From an uncultured Bacilli bacterium (GTDB lineage: Bacteria; Bacillota_I; Bacilli_A; RF39; UBA660), in the NCBI GenBank assembly GCA_944359025.1, contig CALVSM010000002.1, positions 1 through 41,925 of the forward strand: 41,925 nucleotides of DNA, in the 5' to 3' direction. Each line of letters opens with the position of its first letter. Positions within the stretch are counted from its first letter, which is position 1. Made by a program: the position numbers and the translations under genes. Positions 7,394 through 15,794 of this stretch are shown piece after piece. The notes under the pieces are model-generated. The model was not told the DNA's origin. It saw only the letters and a list, made by a program, of their open reading frames with translations, and made no database searches.

Positions 7394-9425
7394 TTATATT
7401 TCGTATGGACTCGACCAAGTACCATTACCTCCGGTAATGGTGACATTAGAGTTGACAACTATAACTGCACGAAGGCCGTACGCGTCGCTGACACTGTCGC
7501 TGACGCCGACGCCGGCGAAGCTGACGTACCAAGCGTAAGAACTAGAAGTTCCCGGTGTCATTGTCCAATAATCATTCGCATTACCAAAGCTACTTGCAGT
7601 TGTATATCCTTTTGTTAGGATACTACTACTTTGTCCTGATAACATCTCTCCTATTCTTATTAACCCTACTGTTGCATTGATACTCCTTGTTGGACTATTT
7701 TCTTCCAATGATATCGTATAATTACCACCAGAAGTAAATTCATTTTGATGCCATGTATAATTTGTTACTAATTTATCTCTATTTTCAGTATCACTACTTG
7801 CTACTAACCATTCTAATACATCACTATTTAATTTTTGACCTATTCCCGTTGTTATTGAAAATGTATTATTACTTCCATATTCCATTTCATAAACACTACC
7901 GTTTTCTTCATAATAGCCATCTAGTATTAATTTGGTATTGCCATTACTATCTTTATCGACTACCCGATATTTCTTTCCAGCATATAATACATACTCCCCA
8001 CTTGTTGCTTTTTCGTTTAATTTGCCTGTTACTTCTATACTCTTATCTTCGTTTAAAATATATGGGCCAGCACTACTACTCCAAGTTGCTCCTAGAGTAC
8101 CATTACCTCCGGTAATGGTGACATTAGAGTTGACATTTATAACTGCACGAAGGCCGCCCGCGGCGTCGACACTGCCGGAGTTGCGGCCGGTGATGTTGAC
8201 GAGCCAAGCGCGAGAACCATCATATGGCGTTAATGTCCAAAATACTTGCTGATTAACTAAATAAGAACTATCAGCTCCAGCTAAATTATTTTCATCTAAT
8301 GATATTAAGCCTACTTTGGCTTTTTCCGTCGATAAATTATTACTACAATTTGTCCTTGCACTTGAAACATCTGTCACAGTCTCACTACACCATGTTTGCT
8401 CTACAATAATATCATTTCCTTTTAATCTTGAATAAAAATAATTATTTAACCAATCTTTAGCATGACTTCCATCATAATTTAAAGCGGTATCTTCTGCTCC
8501 CCATGGTATAGCCGTGACATTTTCTTCGATTATTAATCTCACACTTCCATCAGCATTAATTCCCATAATACGCCATAAGAAACCTGAATACCATATATAA
8601 TTATTATATACTTTAACTTGAAAATATTTTTCAGATGTCGTTCCAAATGCAACTTCAAAAGCAGTATCTACTCCATAACTTTCTAAAAGTCCAGCATCCA
8701 TTCCCCCATCCGTAAATGCCCAATTTTCAAATTCTTCTGCTTTAAATTCACCATTTGTTTTAAAAAAACGAGCATCGATTTCTTCTCTTGAAGTAAAACC
8801 AGATAATAACATCAAACTATAAAAATTTTCTTTAGGGTCAATACCACCTTTTAAATAACAACCTCCCATATAACTATAATTGTTACTTCCTGGGTTCACA
8901 CAGCCATTACCATCAGTTTCTAAAAAAGGGAAATTAGATAACACTACATCTTTAATTGGTCCAGTATGTATTATAGCTACTTCATCATCACTTGCCTCAC
9001 ATACTTCATCATCCATCACAAAACTTCCATCGGCACACAATTTAAAAATATGGCCGTTACTTTCTACTTCTAATTCCGTTAATTTACCATCTTCATAAGT
9101 TACTTTATTAACTGTAGCATTGCCTAAATTAACCATATCATTTACTTCTTCTACCGTTACTCCATCCGCACATATATCAGGTGTACCATTTAACTCTTGT
9201 TCCATTTTTGATGTCGCACAATAGTTATTAATACCACTATAAATCATCCTTGCTTCCGAACGACCTGCTGATATACGCGCATCACTAATTACATTTAAGA
9301 TAATTGGTGTCGCAATTAAAGCTACTATTGCTAGTATAATTATTACTGCTAATAATTTAATTAATGTAAAATTATTATTTAATAATTTCCCCCCCCCCCC
9401 GAATTTGCGATTTGCAATTTTTCAT
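7394..9425 (-). CDS. Large type IV pilin-like protein with two DUF1566/C-type-lectin-like modules carrying DGR-style variable regions; frame-shifted (phase OFF) at a G12 tract as sequenced
   Basis: The track ORF 7394..9247 is open upstream to 9421 but has no start codon there. An ATG at 9425 with RBS GGAAAGGAAG and its own promoter lies in the +1 frame and stops at 9375..9377. Removing one G from the tract at 9389..9400 yields MKNCKSQIRGGGKLLNNNFTLIKLLAVIIILAIVALIATPIILNVISDAR..., a class III (pilin) signal paralogous to the pilin at 12018..12428. Confidence 0.75.
7418..7456 (-). repeat. 39-nt post-VR block, copy A (100% identical to 8096..8134), with a 9-bp perfect hairpin
   Basis: The plus strand agtaccattacctccggtaatggtgacattagagttgac is identical in both copies. 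ACCATTACC / GGTAATGGT pair around a 3-nt loop (7421..7441). Confidence 0.9.
7457..7537 (-). other. DGR-type variable region A (C-terminal module), about 60-67% G+C
   Basis: The coding strand reads TAC GCT TGG TAC GTC AGC TTC GCC GGC GTC GGC GTC AGC GAC AGT GTC AGC GAC GCG TAC GGC CTT CGT GCA GTT ATA GTT. It differs from copy B only at codon positions 1-2. Confidence 0.7.
8096..8134 (-). repeat. 39-nt post-VR block, copy B, with the same 9-bp hairpin (8099..8119)
   Basis: It is identical to 7418..7456, although the surrounding protein modules are strongly diverged. Confidence 0.9.
8135..8212 (-). other. DGR-type variable region B (internal module)
   Basis: The coding strand reads CGC GCT TGG CTC GTC AAC ATC ACC GGC CGC AAC TCC GGC AGT GTC GAC GCC GCG GGC GGC CTT CGT GCA GTT ATA AAT. 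Codon usage is NNC inside an NNT/NNA gene. Confidence 0.7.
9389..9400 (-). repeat. Homopolymeric G12 (C12 on the plus strand) tract within codons 9-13 of the large pilin-like gene
   Basis: Counted directly: cc at 9389..9390 plus ten c at 9391..9400. It is the only long G/C homopolymer seen in this AT-rich window. It sits between the ATG (9425) and the body of the ORF, which are 178 nt apart (3n+1). Confidence 0.95.
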
Positions 9426-9462
9426 TTTAAAACTTCCTTTCCTATTTTTTACTTTCAAATTA

Positions 9463-9491
9463 ATTTTATCTTAAAATAAGTTAATAGTCAA
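9463..9491 (-). promoter_or_regulatory. Sigma-A-type promoter of the large pilin-like gene (TTGACT-N17-TAAAAT)
   Basis: On the minus strand the -35 TTGACT is at 9486..9491, followed by a 17-nt spacer and the -10 TAAAAT at 9463..9468. The architecture matches the small pilin promoter. Confidence 0.5.
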
Positions 9492-9519
9492 TATTAAAAT
9501 TACACATACACGAAAAAAA

Positions 9520-11940
9520 CTAAAGATTTCTCTTTAATTTTCTCATATAAATTATTAATGATATAAAAGATATTAAACTAATAACTATACCTAATTTAAA
9601 ACCTTTAACTTCATAAGTTATCTCGATATTATGTCTTCCTTCCGTTAAATCTAAACCAATAAAATTATCGATTACTTTATAATAAGAGGTTTCTTTTCCA
9701 TCAACTAATATTTTAAAATTATCATTATAAGGAATCGATAAAAATAATACATTTTCATTAGACACATCAATTGTTCCTTTAATATAATTTTCTTTAAAAT
9801 CAGTTATATTTAATTGGTTATCTTTTAATTTATCATAAGCTTCCTTAAATTTATCTAAATCAAAATAACCAACATATAAATTATCAACATTATGTTCTCT
9901 TTCATAAGTTATTTTTAATTTATCTCCTATATCATATTTATTTTCAACAAAAATACTGCGATTAGAAGTAGCATTTAAATCATAACAAATAGTTTCATCG
10001 ATACACATTTTATAAAATTTATCTAAAAATAAACTATCCTCAACTAAAAAATAAAAATCTTTATCACTATTAATAATTATCTCATCTTCTACTTTTTCAA
10101 TTTGATAAATATCATCAATACCCGTCATAGATTTAATTATTTTATTTTGACAATCAAACCCATTATCACAATCTAATTCTTTTCTAACATCATGCGAAAC
10201 CATATAACCTAAACTAAGCGCATAAGGGTTTTTATATAAATAATTATCCATATAAATAACGCCATAAAGCATATTATCCAAAGATGATATTTTTTTAGTA
10301 TCGATTAGTTCATAATATTTATTTTTACTAACCGAGTTATAATATTTGATACCAAATAAACTATCTAGTAAAACATACGAATTATAAAAACCTGTGTTGT
10401 TATCACTATAGTAACCTATTTTATTATAAAAATCACTATTAACACTAGTACTAGAAAACCATCCAGTTACGCCATAATAATCATAATTTAAAGGGTCGTT
10501 AAATGCTGTTTTCTTTTCAAATTCCATCCGATAAAAAGAATCATCTTGAATACTATTTATACTATCAACTTTTTCAAAATACCTTCCCTCTAAATATTTT
10601 TGATAAGTAAAGACATAGCAATCTAATATCATATACCCGTTAAAAAATAATTCTGCTATAACTAAAATACTAAATAGTATTTTCGCATCACGATTATCAG
10701 TTTTAAATATAAATAAATATATTAGAAGTAAAATGACATTAATATAAATAAAAATTAGTACAATTGTGTTTTTAACAATAAATATTTCTAATAAAATAAG
10801 ACAAATTAAAAATATCACATAATACCACAACTTATCAACATTCTTAATATTAATTAATGATTTTAAACACCAAGATATAAATAAAATATTAAATAAATAC
10901 ATATATCTAAAATTAAAACCTATCGGCGTACTAAAGCCATGCCATATATCGTTTAAAGGAACTATTAAAACACTTAAAATTAAAATAAAGACAAATATAC
11001 TTGATAATATTTTTTCTCTTTTAGGAATCTTTTTATTAACAAAGTAAAAGAACAATAAGATAATATTAAATATACCAATATATAAAAATGGCGTAAATTC
11101 ATTCATAATTTCCGTTTGATTATGCGAACCTAAAAATAATTTAGATAAAATACCAATAAAATCAGTATTAAACAAATAACTTTTTAAATTATTACCCAAC
11201 CTCCCTGTATTCATTATTTCTAATAAATTAGGTAAATTTAAAAACATCGTCATCAAACCAGATAACAAAGAAATAATTAAAAAATTTCTTATTTTAAAAT
11301 GATTTTTCTCATTATTTAATAAATATTTATATATAAAATATAAAACACTAAAGATACAACACATAAACCCCATATAATAATTAGTTAAAACAATTAAAAA
11401 TAAAATAATACTATATAACCAATATTTATTTTCTTTAATTATTTTATCGATACCTAATAAAAGAAGAGGCGCTAAAAAGTAAGCATCTAACCACATTATT
11501 TGATAATAATTTACAATTGTAAAAAATGATAAAGCATAAGCTGTCGAAAATAATAAAGTATATTTACTTTTAAAATGATACTGTAAATAATGATACATTG
11601 TTAAACCACATAAACTCATCTTTAGTAAAATTAGAATAGTAAATGCTATTTCCATCTTATCATAACTAAATAAATTAACTAATAAATTAAAAGGACTAGC
11701 TAAATAATAAGCAAATGTCGCTAACATTGAACTTCCAAAACCAATAGAAAAAGAATAAAACAAATTAGAAGAACCATCAAATACTCTTTTTAAAAATAAC
11801 AATAATTGATAATATTGATATTGCGAATCACCATATAAAATAGTATATCGGCCAAAGATAATATCTCTTAAAATAAAAAGTAATATAAAACATGTCAAAG
11901 GAATTAAAAAAGCTAATAAATATTTAATTTTATTATGCAT
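9520..11940 (-). CDS. YfhO-family polytopic membrane protein (GT-C-type glycosyltransferase)
   Basis: It is 806 aa with about 13 or more N-terminal TM helices. The N-terminal GDSQYQYYQL motif is typical of YfhO. A large extracytoplasmic C-terminal domain is followed by a final TM. Confidence 0.75.
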   Translation of the reverse strand: MHNKIKYLLAFLIPLTCFILLFILRDIIFGRYTILYGDSQYQYYQLLLFLKRVFDGSSNLFYSFSIGFGSSMLATFAYYLASPFNLLVNLFSYDKMEIAFTILILLKMSLCGLTMYHYLQYHFKSKYTLLFSTAYALSFFTIVNYYQIMWLDAYFLAPLLLLGIDKIIKENKYWLYSIILFLIVLTNYYMGFMCCIFSVLYFIYKYLLNNEKNHFKIRNFLIISLLSGLMTMFLNLPNLLEIMNTGRLGNNLKSYLFNTDFIGILSKLFLGSHNQTEIMNEFTPFLYIGIFNIILLFFYFVNKKIPKREKILSSIFVFILILSVLIVPLNDIWHGFSTPIGFNFRYMYLFNILFISWCLKSLINIKNVDKLWYYVIFLICLILLEIFIVKNTIVLIFIYINVILLLIYLFIFKTDNRDAKILFSILVIAELFFNGYMILDCYVFTYQKYLEGRYFEKVDSINSIQDDSFYRMEFEKKTAFNDPLNYDYYGVTGWFSSTSVNSDFYNKIGYYSDNNTGFYNSYVLLDSLFGIKYYNSVSKNKYYELIDTKKISSLDNMLYGVIYMDNYLYKNPYALSLGYMVSHDVRKELDCDNGFDCQNKIIKSMTGIDDIYQIEKVEDEIIINSDKDFYFLVEDSLFLDKFYKMCIDETICYDLNATSNRSIFVENKYDIGDKLKITYEREHNVDNLYVGYFDLDKFKEAYDKLKDNQLNITDFKENYIKGTIDVSNENVLFLSIPYNDNFKILVDGKETSYYKVIDNFIGLDLTEGRHNIEITYEVKGFKLGIVISLISFISLIIYMRKLKRNL

Positions 11941-11974
11941 ATTACCACCTATATAATCATATCACATTTTAACA

Positions 11975-12007
11975 ATAAAAAAAATAAGAACTATTTAAAA
12001 GTCCTTA
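11975..12007 (-). terminator. Rho-independent terminator after the small pilin gene
   Basis: The minus strand reads ATAAGGAC-TTTTAAATA-GTTCTTAT (8 bp with one G-U pair) followed by T8. Confidence 0.6.
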
Positions 12008-12017
12008 TCTTTATCTA

Positions 12018-12428
12018 TTAGTTAGAAGCTACTCCTTTAGATAAACTAAATGAGTTACCACTTAAAGTAGCTGTGTATCCATTACTTTCAACAACAAGTG
12101 CAGAAACTCCACTTTCGCCATAAGTTACAGAAACAATTTTAGCTTTACCTAAAGTTACCATTTGGCCAACTTCAGCTGCAGTTACTTCATAACCATTTTT
12201 AGCAGCATTTAAACAAATACTATCTTGAGTACTATTTAATTGATCTTTCATGTCAGCAGTAGCGCAGTAATTATTGATACCACTTAAAATCATACTAGCT
12301 TCAGATTCAGCAGCACTTTTTCTTGCATCGTCAATTACGTTTAAAATAATTGGTGTTGCGATTAATGCTACGATAGCTAAAATGATAATTACAGCTAACA
12401 ATTCGATTAATGTAAAACCTTTTTTCAT
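12018..12428 (-). CDS. Type IV pilin / ComGC-like pseudopilin with a canonical prepilin signal
   Basis: MKKG|FTLIELLAVIIILAIVALIATPIIL carries the N-methylation motif with Gly-1 and Glu+5. It is 136 aa with a GGTGGTGA RBS. Confidence 0.85.
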   Translation of the reverse strand: MKKGFTLIELLAVIIILAIVALIATPIILNVIDDARKSAAESEASMILSGINNYCATADMKDQLNSTQDSICLNAAKNGYEVTAAEVGQMVTLGKAKIVSVTYGESGVSALVVESNGYTATLSGNSFSLSKGVASN

Positions 12429-12464
12429 TTAATCTCACCACCTTACTTTTCTATTTCTATAACC

Positions 12465-12493
12465 AATTATACATATTTTTTTAAAACAAGTCA
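12465..12493 (-). promoter_or_regulatory. Sigma-A-type promoter of the small pilin gene (TTGACT-N17-TATAAT)
   Basis: On the minus strand the -35 TTGACT is at 12488..12493, followed by a 17-nt spacer ending in TG and the -10 TATAAT at 12465..12470. Confidence 0.55.
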
Positions 12494-12509
12494 AGTTTTT
12501 TTAAAACAT

Positions 12510-15038
12510 TTATTTTAATTTGTCGACAATTATCGCTAATTCTTTTTGTTCCTTAATTAAACTACTTTTTTCATTTTCCACAATTTCTTTAGGTGCTTTA
12601 TTAATATATCCCGAATTAGCTAATAATTTTTCTCTTCTTGCAATTGAATTAATTAATCTCTCTTTTTCTTTTAATAATCTCTCTTTTTCTTCAAGTGATA
12701 AACTACCATCATAATATATAGAAACTAAATCATTATTAAAACTAATATTGATTCTTGTAAATACCCCTTCATATGAAGTTAAAATATTTTCATTTTTTAA
12801 TATTTTACTAATCAATATACGATTATCCATAATTAATTTATTGTTAGTTACTATTAGATAATCTTTACCTAAATTATTTTCTAATTTAATTTTTCTAATT
12901 TTTTTAATCAATTCTATCAATAAATCTAAAGTATCTTCCATAAAAATATATTCTTTATTAAATTTAGGATATTCACTAATCATGATAGATTCATCACGAA
13001 TTGGTAACATTAAATATATTTCTTCAGTAACATAAGGCATAAAAGGATGTAATAATTTTAAAATATTAGTTAAAACAATCAACAACACAGTTTTAGTAGT
13101 ATCATTCATATTTACTTTAGCAAGTTCAATATACCAATCACAAAAATCATCCCAAATAAAACTATATAACTCTTTACCAACAACATTAAAATCATACTTA
13201 TCCATATGTTTAGTTACATTATTTATTAAATTGTTCATTTTATTTAATATCCATTTATCACTAATCGATAAATTATCCAAAGTATAGTTAAAATCTTCGA
13301 TATTCATTAAAACAAACCGCGATGCATTCCACAACTTATTAATAAAATTCCAAGCCGCTTTTACTTTTTCCTCATCGTATCTTAAATCAGTACCACTAGC
13401 AGTAGTAGTTGCTAGAAAATACCTTAAAGCATCGGTTCCATATTGTTCGATAACATCCATCGGATCAACACCATTACCCAATGATTTACTCATTTTTCTT
13501 CCCAACTTATCTCTAATCAAACCATGAATCAAACAATCTTTAAATGGTCGAGAATTAGTAAAATGTAAACCTTGAAAAGTCATCCTATTAACCCAAAAAG
13601 GAATAATATCGTATCCAGTTACTAAAACATTATTAGGGTAATACCTATTTAATAAATCTAAATTATCTGGCCAACCCAAGGTACTAAACGGCCATAAAGC
13701 TGAAGAAAACCAAGTATCTAAAACATCTGGATCTTGTACCCAATCATCATCAGGTTTATCATATCCAACATAAACTTCATCACCTTTATACCAAGCTGGT
13801 ATTTGATGCCCCCACCATAATTGTCGTGATATACACCAATCATAAGTTATTTCCATCCAATGATTCATTATTTTTTCATATCTTGTTGGAATAAAATTAA
13901 CTTTAGTTTTCTTGTTTTTTTGATTTTCTAATACAGCATCAGCCAAAGGACGCATCTTGACAAACCATTGTTTAGATAAATAAGGTTCAATCATAACATC
14001 GGTTCTTTCTGAATGACCAACCGCATGGGTTATTTTTTCTACTTTAATTAATAAATTTTCTTTTTCTAAATCTTCTACTAATTGTTTACGACATTCAAAT
14101 CGATCCAAACCATTATATTTAAAAGCATTTTCATTCATTGTTCCATCAGGGTTAATGGCGATTATTCTTTCTAAATTATGACGATTACCTACTTCAAAAT
14201 CGTTTGGATCATGCGCTGGCGTTATTTTAACAACACCTGTTCCAAACTCTGGGTCAGCATGTTCATCAGCGATAATTGGTATTTTTTTATTAACGACTGG
14301 TAAGATAACATTTTTCCCAAGATATTTTTGATATCTTTTATCATTAGGATTAACCGCTACAGCTGTATCACCAAATAAAGTTTCAGGTCTTGTTGTCGCT
14401 ACTTCTAAATATTCATCAGTTCCTTCAATATAATATTTAAGATGATAAAAAGCTCCTTCGACATCTTTATAAATAACTTCTTCATTTGATAAAGCAGTCA
14501 TCGCTTTAGGATCCCAGTTAATAATACGTTCGCCACGATAAATTAAACCTTCATTATATAAATCAATAAATACTTTTTTAACCGCTTTCGATAAACCCTC
14601 ATCTAAAGTAAATCTTTCTTTCGTATAATCTAACGATAAACCTAATTTAGCCCACTGTTCGTGAATATTATCAGCATATTCTTCTTTCCATTCCCAAGCA
14701 TACTTAAGCCATTCATCACGCTTTAAACTACGAGGGTTAATACCCATTTCTTTTAATTTAGCATCGACTTTAGCTTGTGTAGCAATACCAGCATGATCCA
14801 TTCCCGGCAACCACAAAGCATCATAACCTTGCATTCTTTTATATCTAATTATAATATCCTGTAAAGTTGTATCCCAAGCATGACCTAAATGTAATTTACC
14901 AGTTACATTAGGGGGTGGGATAACGATACAATATGGTTTTTTCGATAAATCACCACTTGTAAAATACCCCTTTTCCTTCCAATTATTGTATTTATTTTTT
15001 TCTACTTCTAAATGATTATACTTCGCTTCCAACATCAT
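12510..15038 (-). CDS. valS: Valine--tRNA ligase
   Basis: It has a [14 protein letters not shown] (HIGH) motif, KMSKS, the class Ia editing domain and a C-terminal coiled coil, across 842 aa. Confidence 0.97.
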   Translation of the reverse strand: MMLEAKYNHLEVEKNKYNNWKEKGYFTSGDLSKKPYCIVIPPPNVTGKLHLGHAWDTTLQDIIIRYKRMQGYDALWLPGMDHAGIATQAKVDAKLKEMGINPRSLKRDEWLKYAWEWKEEYADNIHEQWAKLGLSLDYTKERFTLDEGLSKAVKKVFIDLYNEGLIYRGERIINWDPKAMTALSNEEVIYKDVEGAFYHLKYYIEGTDEYLEVATTRPETLFGDTAVAVNPNDKRYQKYLGKNVILPVVNKKIPIIADEHADPEFGTGVVKITPAHDPNDFEVGNRHNLERIIAINPDGTMNENAFKYNGLDRFECRKQLVEDLEKENLLIKVEKITHAVGHSERTDVMIEPYLSKQWFVKMRPLADAVLENQKNKKTKVNFIPTRYEKIMNHWMEITYDWCISRQLWWGHQIPAWYKGDEVYVGYDKPDDDWVQDPDVLDTWFSSALWPFSTLGWPDNLDLLNRYYPNNVLVTGYDIIPFWVNRMTFQGLHFTNSRPFKDCLIHGLIRDKLGRKMSKSLGNGVDPMDVIEQYGTDALRYFLATTTASGTDLRYDEEKVKAAWNFINKLWNASRFVLMNIEDFNYTLDNLSISDKWILNKMNNLINNVTKHMDKYDFNVVGKELYSFIWDDFCDWYIELAKVNMNDTTKTVLLIVLTNILKLLHPFMPYVTEEIYLMLPIRDESIMISEYPKFNKEYIFMEDTLDLLIELIKKIRKIKLENNLGKDYLIVTNNKLIMDNRILISKILKNENILTSYEGVFTRINISFNNDLVSIYYDGSLSLEEKERLLKEKERLINSIARREKLLANSGYINKAPKEIVENEKSSLIKEQKELAIIVDKLK

Positions 15039-15771
15039 TCATCCTTCTTTCTATATAAGAATTTATTTTTTCTTTAATATTGTTTAATCTTTTTTCTTCA
15101 TGAAGATTCGCTTTAATAACTTTATCTAATATTATATTAAGATAATCTTTTTCTTTCAAATACTTAATCGACCAAGCAAAATTAACATCGTAAATCAGTC
15201 CTAATAATAAAACATAATAATCTAATTTATTACTTATCGATTCATAATCATATTCACATTTTAACATTCTTTCATATATTTTATCATCGATTAAACTAGA
15301 AACTGTTTCAAATTCATTTTCTTGCCAAAGGCGATATATATCTATTTTATCAGCATCACGAATAATTTTCGCAAACAATTTTTCTCGTTCGCTTAAATTA
15401 TTATCGATAAAATTTTTATTATGGTTTAAAATGGCTTTTTTAATAAGATTTTGAATACTTTTATCAGTTACAAATTCAGCAAAACCAAATTCTTCTAAAA
15501 GTTTAATTCCTAATTTAGCATGATCAACACTTCTCTTATCATCAAAAGTATTATAAACTTTTATTTGTTCAAATCTCCCAAAATCATGAAGTAAACCAAT
15601 CATTTTAGCAATTAAAATATCTTCTTTTGGTAAATTTAGATAAATAGCTATCTTTTCACATAAATCAACTACATTTAAAGAATGTTCATATTTTCTTCTA
15701 ATTCTTTCATCTTTAACATCATAAGTTAAAACAAATTGTTTAAATAAAATTTTAGCTTTTTCCATATCCAT
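15016..15771 (-). CDS. HD-domain phosphohydrolase, co-transcribed with valS
   Basis: HSLNV...[11 protein letters not shown] is the HD motif. The start is set at ATG 15771 (MDMEKAK) after AGGTGA, because the longer track ORF would begin inside the T-box terminator. Confidence 0.7.
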   Translation of the reverse strand: MDMEKAKILFKQFVLTYDVKDERIRRKYEHSLNVVDLCEKIAIYLNLPKEDILIAKMIGLLHDFGRFEQIKVYNTFDDKRSVDHAKLGIKLLEEFGFAEFVTDKSIQNLIKKAILNHNKNFIDNNLSEREKLFAKIIRDADKIDIYRLWQENEFETVSSLIDDKIYERMLKCEYDYESISNKLDYYVLLLGLIYDVNFAWSIKYLKEKDYLNIILDKVIKANLHEEKRLNNIKEKINSYIERRMNDVGSEV

Positions 15772-15794
15772 AACATCACCTAAATTCAAAAAAA

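Noticed and set aside
7457-8212. The GC-rich patches could be horizontally acquired fragments, REP elements, or a simple internal gene duplication.
   Set aside because: A plain duplication would diverge at synonymous third positions, as the surrounding modules do. Here the third positions are invariant and only positions 1-2 of NNC codons vary, with perfectly conserved borders. That pattern points to template-directed adenine mutagenesis instead.
7307-8252. Plus-strand ORFs 7307..7618, 7753..8115 and 7932..8252, lying antisense to the large pilin-like gene.
   Set aside because: They have no RBS or promoter and their predicted proteins are low-complexity. They exist only because the GC-rich cassettes and the Tyr/Leu-rich antisense frames lack stop codons. 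The minus-strand frame has clear pilin and lectin-like homology.
9520-11940. The large membrane ORF between the pilin genes could be a pilus assembly platform (PilC/ComGB) or a prepilin peptidase.
   Set aside because: Its size (806 aa), its 13 or more TM helices and its N-terminal D-x-QY motif fit YfhO-type GT-C proteins. They do not fit PilC (about 400 aa, 3 TM) or PilD (about 250 aa with a GxGD motif).
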